NCBI GenBank assembly: GCA_964575955.1
Contig: CAZNTG010000006.1
Span: 320,001 to 384,000, forward strand
DNA length: 64,000 bases
Reading direction: 5' to 3'
Source: an uncultured Thermoproteaceae archaeon
Lineage (GTDB): Archaea > Thermoproteota > Thermoprotei > Thermoproteales > Thermocladiaceae
The notes beneath the pieces were generated by a model. The model did no database searches, was not told the origin of the DNA, and was given only the letters and a program-made list of their open reading frames with translations. Of this stretch, positions 59,793 to 64,000 are shown piece by piece. The position numbers and the translations under genes were made by a program. Each line of letters begins with the position of its first letter. The stretch's first letter is position 1.

Positions 59793-59844
59793 ATGATGAG
59801 GCACGAGCGTTTCTGACATTATGATGTAACTGCGCCCATCCTGA
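59793..59844 (+). ncRNA. C/D box sRNA
   Basis: ATGATGA-ggcacgagcgttt-CTGA-catt-ATGATGT-aactgcgcccatc-CTGA; 37 nt after the tRNA. Confidence 0.85.
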
Positions 59845-59898
59845 ACATGGTGCGTACTATTAGGTGGTTTTATAAATAAGTCTTCACTTCACGTTTTA

Positions 59899-60291
59899 AT
59901 GATGGCAGATACTCACGTTAAGATAGAACCTCTACTTTACAAGTTTATTAGATGTTGTTTAAATAGAGCATATGCAATGTTAGATGATTCACAACTATCT
60001 GCAGAAGAGAGGTATAGTCTTGAAACACTACTACAGAGAGTTAGATCAAGTGAAGATTCTTGGAAAGATATTGAAGATCTCATAAGATTTATCAAGGGAG
60101 AATTCTTAACAATATATGAAGATGGTTTAAAAAGACTTCCAAAAGAGCTTGTTAGAGAGTTATTCATAAAAACTGTAGATTTATGTCTACAACTACCTGA
60201 GGTGTATACTAGAGAAAATATTAAAGAAGCATTCCTAGAAGTTAGGAAGAAGATTGAAGAAATTTACGAAAAATTAAAACAAGAAACTTAG
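59899..60291 (+). CDS. Hypothetical helical protein
   Basis: 130 aa, TTTTATAAA upstream. Confidence 0.65.
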   Translation: MMADTHVKIEPLLYKFIRCCLNRAYAMLDDSQLSAEERYSLETLLQRVRSSEDSWKDIEDLIRFIKGEFLTIYEDGLKRLPKELVRELFIKTVDLCLQLPEVYTRENIKEAFLEVRKKIEEIYEKLKQET

Positions 60292-60343
60292 ATTAAATAT
60301 CTAGGCATACCTAGGTTATAAATTACTTAAGTATAGTCTTATT

Positions 60344-61912
60344 GTGAAGAGTGATAGTCTACTTGAAGAAATTGAGAAGCTCATAGATGAAGGTATAGGT
60401 AAAATACTGATATCAGCATATCCAGGGTTTGGAAAGACTAGATTAATACCAAAAATCGTAGATATTTTAGCTAGAAGAGGTATTAATAAGATTCTGATAT
60501 TTGTAAGATCATTAGCAGAGATAGAAGAAGTTTATAAATTTTTCAAAAATACAAGATTAAAAGCTACATGTCTGGTAGGTAGAGAAAAATTATGCCCATT
60601 CAATGCAAAGAACATAAATGAGTGTACACAATTTAGAGATAGAGGAATCTGTCAATTAAATAGAGTTAGAGGACATGTAAACATACACATTAAAAACATT
60701 TTAAACTATAGAGATATTGTAGAATTATCAAAGACTTTAAATACATGCCCTTACGATCTATCATTTACAATAGCACTACAGTCACAGGTAGTGATTACAA
60801 CAATAACATATCTCTCAAATATGGAATTATATAGAATAGTGAAGCAGATAGTACAAAATTGCGAAAATTATGGTGTCATAATTGATGAAGCACATACGGT
60901 AATTACAGGTATAGAGCAGAATGTTGAAGTTAGTAGAGAATCTTTGAAAATATTTAGAGATCTTTCAGAAAATGAGGAGATAGTCATCATAAAGCCTAGA
61001 TTTAATATCGATAATATAAAACAATCTTCCCATATAGATATTGAAAATATTCTATATACGATATTTACAGATTTACTATACATTAAAAGTTTAAGTGACA
61101 AATTTATAATTAAAACCTTAACAATAAGCTCAGTTCAAGATCTTATAGATAACTCTCAAATATGTATTTTATTGTCAGCATCTATAACGGAAAAGTTTAA
61201 AAATTTAAGCAAGCTTATAGATAACTTCTATAAAATATTTATAGAAGATGTGCCTAGTCATATAGATAATTTGAAAGTCTATATAGTCTGTGATGTTGAA
61301 TTTAATGAGAGATTTAAGTATACTAGAATGTGTATAAATATATTACAGAGAATTTTATCGAGTATTATAAAGTGTTCTCCATTAGTTGGAGGTATCGTAA
61401 TACTGTTTTCAAGTAAGAAATTTCTAAAATATTTCATAGATAATTCAGCAAGTTTTCTAAAATATTTAGATGTTCGATATTTCATACTTATGGATAGTGA
61501 TGTAGATATCGTAGATAGGTATAGAGAGATTTCTCATGAGGATAGGTGTATACTATTTTCATATGTTGGTAGTCCAATTTGTGAAGGTATTAACTTTCTT
61601 GGTGATGAACTTGTAACTTTAGTACTTGTGGGGTTTCCATTTCCTGAATTTTCTAGATGGAATTTCTATAAAATGAACTTTTTGAAGAGGTATTGTGAGA
61701 ATAGTTTTATTGCAACTTTTCTATTTCCTGCAATTTCAATAACAATACAGACTGTAGGTCGTGCTATGAGAGATCTTGATAAGAGAGTTAAGAGAGTTTT
61801 TCTTATTGATAGAAGGTTTTTAAAATATTCTAACTACTTCCCGAAGTGGTTTCCAAAGCCGCATATTATGAGTATAAGTGACATAACTGAAAGTTTCGGT
61901 CTACTATTGTGA
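60344..61912 (+). CDS. XPD/Rad3/DinG-family Fe-S helicase
   Basis: AYPGFGKT, GREKLC..C..C..CPY, IIDEAH, LSAS, EGINF, GFPFP, QTVGRAMR, LIDRRF. Confidence 0.88.
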   Translation: MKSDSLLEEIEKLIDEGIGKILISAYPGFGKTRLIPKIVDILARRGINKILIFVRSLAEIEEVYKFFKNTRLKATCLVGREKLCPFNAKNINECTQFRDRGICQLNRVRGHVNIHIKNILNYRDIVELSKTLNTCPYDLSFTIALQSQVVITTITYLSNMELYRIVKQIVQNCENYGVIIDEAHTVITGIEQNVEVSRESLKIFRDLSENEEIVIIKPRFNIDNIKQSSHIDIENILYTIFTDLLYIKSLSDKFIIKTLTISSVQDLIDNSQICILLSASITEKFKNLSKLIDNFYKIFIEDVPSHIDNLKVYIVCDVEFNERFKYTRMCINILQRILSSIIKCSPLVGGIVILFSSKKFLKYFIDNSASFLKYLDVRYFILMDSDVDIVDRYREISHEDRCILFSYVGSPICEGINFLGDELVTLVLVGFPFPEFSRWNFYKMNFLKRYCENSFIATFLFPAISITIQTVGRAMRDLDKRVKRVFLIDRRFLKYSNYFPKWFPKPHIMSISDITESFGLLL

Positions 61913-61945
61913 TGAGGTTTATATATCTTATAGACCTAGTCTTGG

Positions 61946-63271
61946 ATGATAGAGCTAGCCTTGATGGGCTTAATGCTTGCTGCATTAGCTGTTACTTTAG
62001 GAACATCTGATAATTCTAGCATAGTTATAGGTAGGAGAGGAATATTACCATACTCACTATCATTGAATAGACATATATGTGTGTATGGACCAACACGTAG
62101 TGGTAAAACAGGATTTGTGAGATATCTAGTTAAGAAGTTGTCTAGGAGAGGCATTGTCACAATATTAGATTGGCATGGTGAGTATACAGATCTTGATCTA
62201 CTTTCTATAAGTTATGATATGGTTCAAATAGACATTTCTAAGATACCTCTAAAACTATTAACAGAAATTATTGGACATGGACTTGGATTGAATGAGCCAA
62301 GTATGTACATGTTGTATAAGATTTTGAAGAATAGTAAACCTGAAACTGTTAGAGATGTTGTAAATGCAGTTGAAGAATATTTTGCAACAACTAGGACTGA
62401 GGCTGAGATGAAGGCAGCAATATTGAGAAGATTAGAATATGTTCTCTCATCAATGTCGAGAGGAGTATTAGAGCCGGAGATTTTGGTGAAAGAGTCTTGC
62501 TGTATTGATTTGAGTAATCTTACAGTTATAGAGGAGAAGAAGCTTGCAGCTTCACTCATACTAGCTATGATATACGTATACTATATGCATAGTGGAATTG
62601 TTCGTAAAAATCCTACACATTTCATAGTTATAGAGGAGGCACAAAACTTACTAAAGGAGGATAACACAATTCTACACCACATAATACTAGAACTTGCAAA
62701 ATATGGTGTTAGAGTCATATTAATAACAAACGTACTTCCAGATACGACAATACTTACACACTGTACATTACTTATGTTTAAAATAAGACCAGAATATACA
62801 AAGAATATTGTTATTAGTGAAGATTTATACAAAATTATGAATAGTATGAAGGATAGTGAGATGTTAGTAATAACTCCTAGTGAAATTTCTAAAATAGTTC
62901 CATGTAGAGAGAAGAATTTTGAAAATTATATAAGACCGGTAAAGGTAGTAGAAGAGTATATCGAATCGAAAGAGGATTATGTAAAGCAAAATACTGATAG
63001 TGTAAGCTCAGAAAGAGAGAATGTACAGGTAAGAGATTTTAATCAAGTTAAGAGACGTGACTACATGACTATGTCTAATTCTGATTATAGTGAGACTAAG
63101 ACTGTTAATAATGTGAGAATAGACGTTACTAATTATTTAAAAAAGGTTGAAGATATTGAGAGTAGACTGGCAATAATAAGAGAGAGACTAGATGAAATAG
63201 AAAGAATGTTAGTATATGAAGATGAAGTGTTGAAGAAGATAGTCGAGAAGATATTGGAGGAAAGAGAGTAG
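61946..63271 (+). CDS. HerA/VirB4-like (DUF87) ATPase with N-terminal TM and C-terminal coiled coil
   Basis: NRHICVYGPTRSGKT, LDWHGEY, FIVIEEAQ, ELAKYGV. Confidence 0.82.
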   Translation: MIELALMGLMLAALAVTLGTSDNSSIVIGRRGILPYSLSLNRHICVYGPTRSGKTGFVRYLVKKLSRRGIVTILDWHGEYTDLDLLSISYDMVQIDISKIPLKLLTEIIGHGLGLNEPSMYMLYKILKNSKPETVRDVVNAVEEYFATTRTEAEMKAAILRRLEYVLSSMSRGVLEPEILVKESCCIDLSNLTVIEEKKLAASLILAMIYVYYMHSGIVRKNPTHFIVIEEAQNLLKEDNTILHHIILELAKYGVRVILITNVLPDTTILTHCTLLMFKIRPEYTKNIVISEDLYKIMNSMKDSEMLVITPSEISKIVPCREKNFENYIRPVKVVEEYIESKEDYVKQNTDSVSSERENVQVRDFNQVKRRDYMTMSNSDYSETKTVNNVRIDVTNYLKKVEDIESRLAIIRERLDEIERMLVYEDEVLKKIVEKILEERE

Positions 63272-63423
63272 TATACGTGAATTTAATGTAGAATCCATAT
63301 TTAGAATTAATGAGAATCTAACCTGTACTCCATGTGTAGTTTCCGGAAAATCTCCATGTAAAATTCGTTGTAGTTCATATTACTCAAAATTTAACTTTTG
63401 GGTGTGCATATACTGCACAGTTC

Positions 63424-63885
63424 ATGTCCAGAAACAATGGAACTTCAGTTATGGATAATAGGAAGATAAAAATGCTCGTACTACAGTTCCTTAAAGAGAT
63501 AATTTCAAATGCAAGAGGTCAGTTAGTAACTTTCAGACCAGCTAAAATAGCTCAGGAAATATCATCAATAACTAGGAGAAGTCCAAGAGCAGAGTCTGTC
63601 GTTATTAGAAACTTCTTCGAGGAGCTTGTTGAGTATAAACTTATTCAAGTTATTAAGAAGAGTGCACGTGGAAAGGTGTATGGAATCTATAGGAATAGCA
63701 TGTTGTGGAACCTGTTAGAACATTATGATGTTGGTAGTGTACTTGCAATAATTGAGAATATAATGAAGAGTGAAGGTAGTATAATGGTGAACACTATGAC
63801 TGGATTAAACAATACCTCAAAATTTACTCAAAGTGAAGAGACTAATGTAAATGAGAGAACAAACGTCTATACTGAAACTGTTTGA
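63424..63885 (+). CDS. Winged-helix DNA-binding protein (paralog of 45388..45756)
   Basis: ARGQLVTFRPAKIA..IRNFFEELVEYKLI..KSARGKVY..NSMLW. Confidence 0.7.
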   Translation: MSRNNGTSVMDNRKIKMLVLQFLKEIISNARGQLVTFRPAKIAQEISSITRRSPRAESVVIRNFFEELVEYKLIQVIKKSARGKVYGIYRNSMLWNLLEHYDVGSVLAIIENIMKSEGSIMVNTMTGLNNTSKFTQSEETNVNERTNVYTETV

Positions 63886-64000
63886 TCTCATAGCTAGAAC
63901 TGTAGATAAACCTGATAAATTTATACAATTTCTTCTACAGTATCTATCAGATACGAATTTAAAGATTGAGAAGTATGAAGGAGTTGTAAAGATATGCGAA
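63851..64000 (+). CDS. Partial ORF running off the window end
   Basis: ATG 63851, open to end: MREQTSILKLFDLIARTVDKPDKFIQFLL... Confidence 0.45.
   Translation, partial: MREQTSILKLFDLIARTVDKPDKFIQFLLQYLSDTNLKIEKYEGVVKICE

Noticed and set aside
61909-61965. GTGATGA at the helicase stop as a ninth C/D sRNA
   Set aside because: No properly spaced D' or D box; region is better read as the TATA box of the next gene
1-64000. CRISPR array, IS/transposase, rRNA, replication origin near mcm
   Set aside because: No spaced repeats, transposase motifs, long GC-rich RNA genes, cdc6 or ORB clusters seen by eye

Overview
AT-rich (roughly 30% GC by eye), gene-dense archaeal chromosome segment. The L7Ae N-terminus ([18 protein letters not shown]), PolB1, S25e, gins-mcm order and a TedC-like pilin point to Thermoproteota, most likely Thermoproteales. 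Most of it is housekeeping: mcm, GINS, polB1, tbp, hjc, five ribosomal proteins, valS, purL, five his genes, thermosome, proteasome beta, aCPSF1, Sm, rpiA, thiL, GGPP synthase and IP kinase. Non-ORF features read from the DNA are tRNA-Cys(GCA), a CAU tRNA (likely Ile2) and eight C/D-box sRNAs, several overlapping gene ends. Worth a second look: a 362-aa MCM intein with a decayed homing endonuclease; a Zn-less TGT/DpdA-like gene plus a SWIM gene beside tRNA-Cys; a TedC/VirB2-like pilin; a type IV pilin cluster; a eukaryote-like presenilin; an apparent NAPRTase pseudoenzyme; an orphan CofH; a P-II coupled to a VIT-like membrane protein; and two paralogous winged-helix proteins. No CRISPR array, IS, integrase or rRNA was seen. 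All calls come from motif recognition, not database searches.
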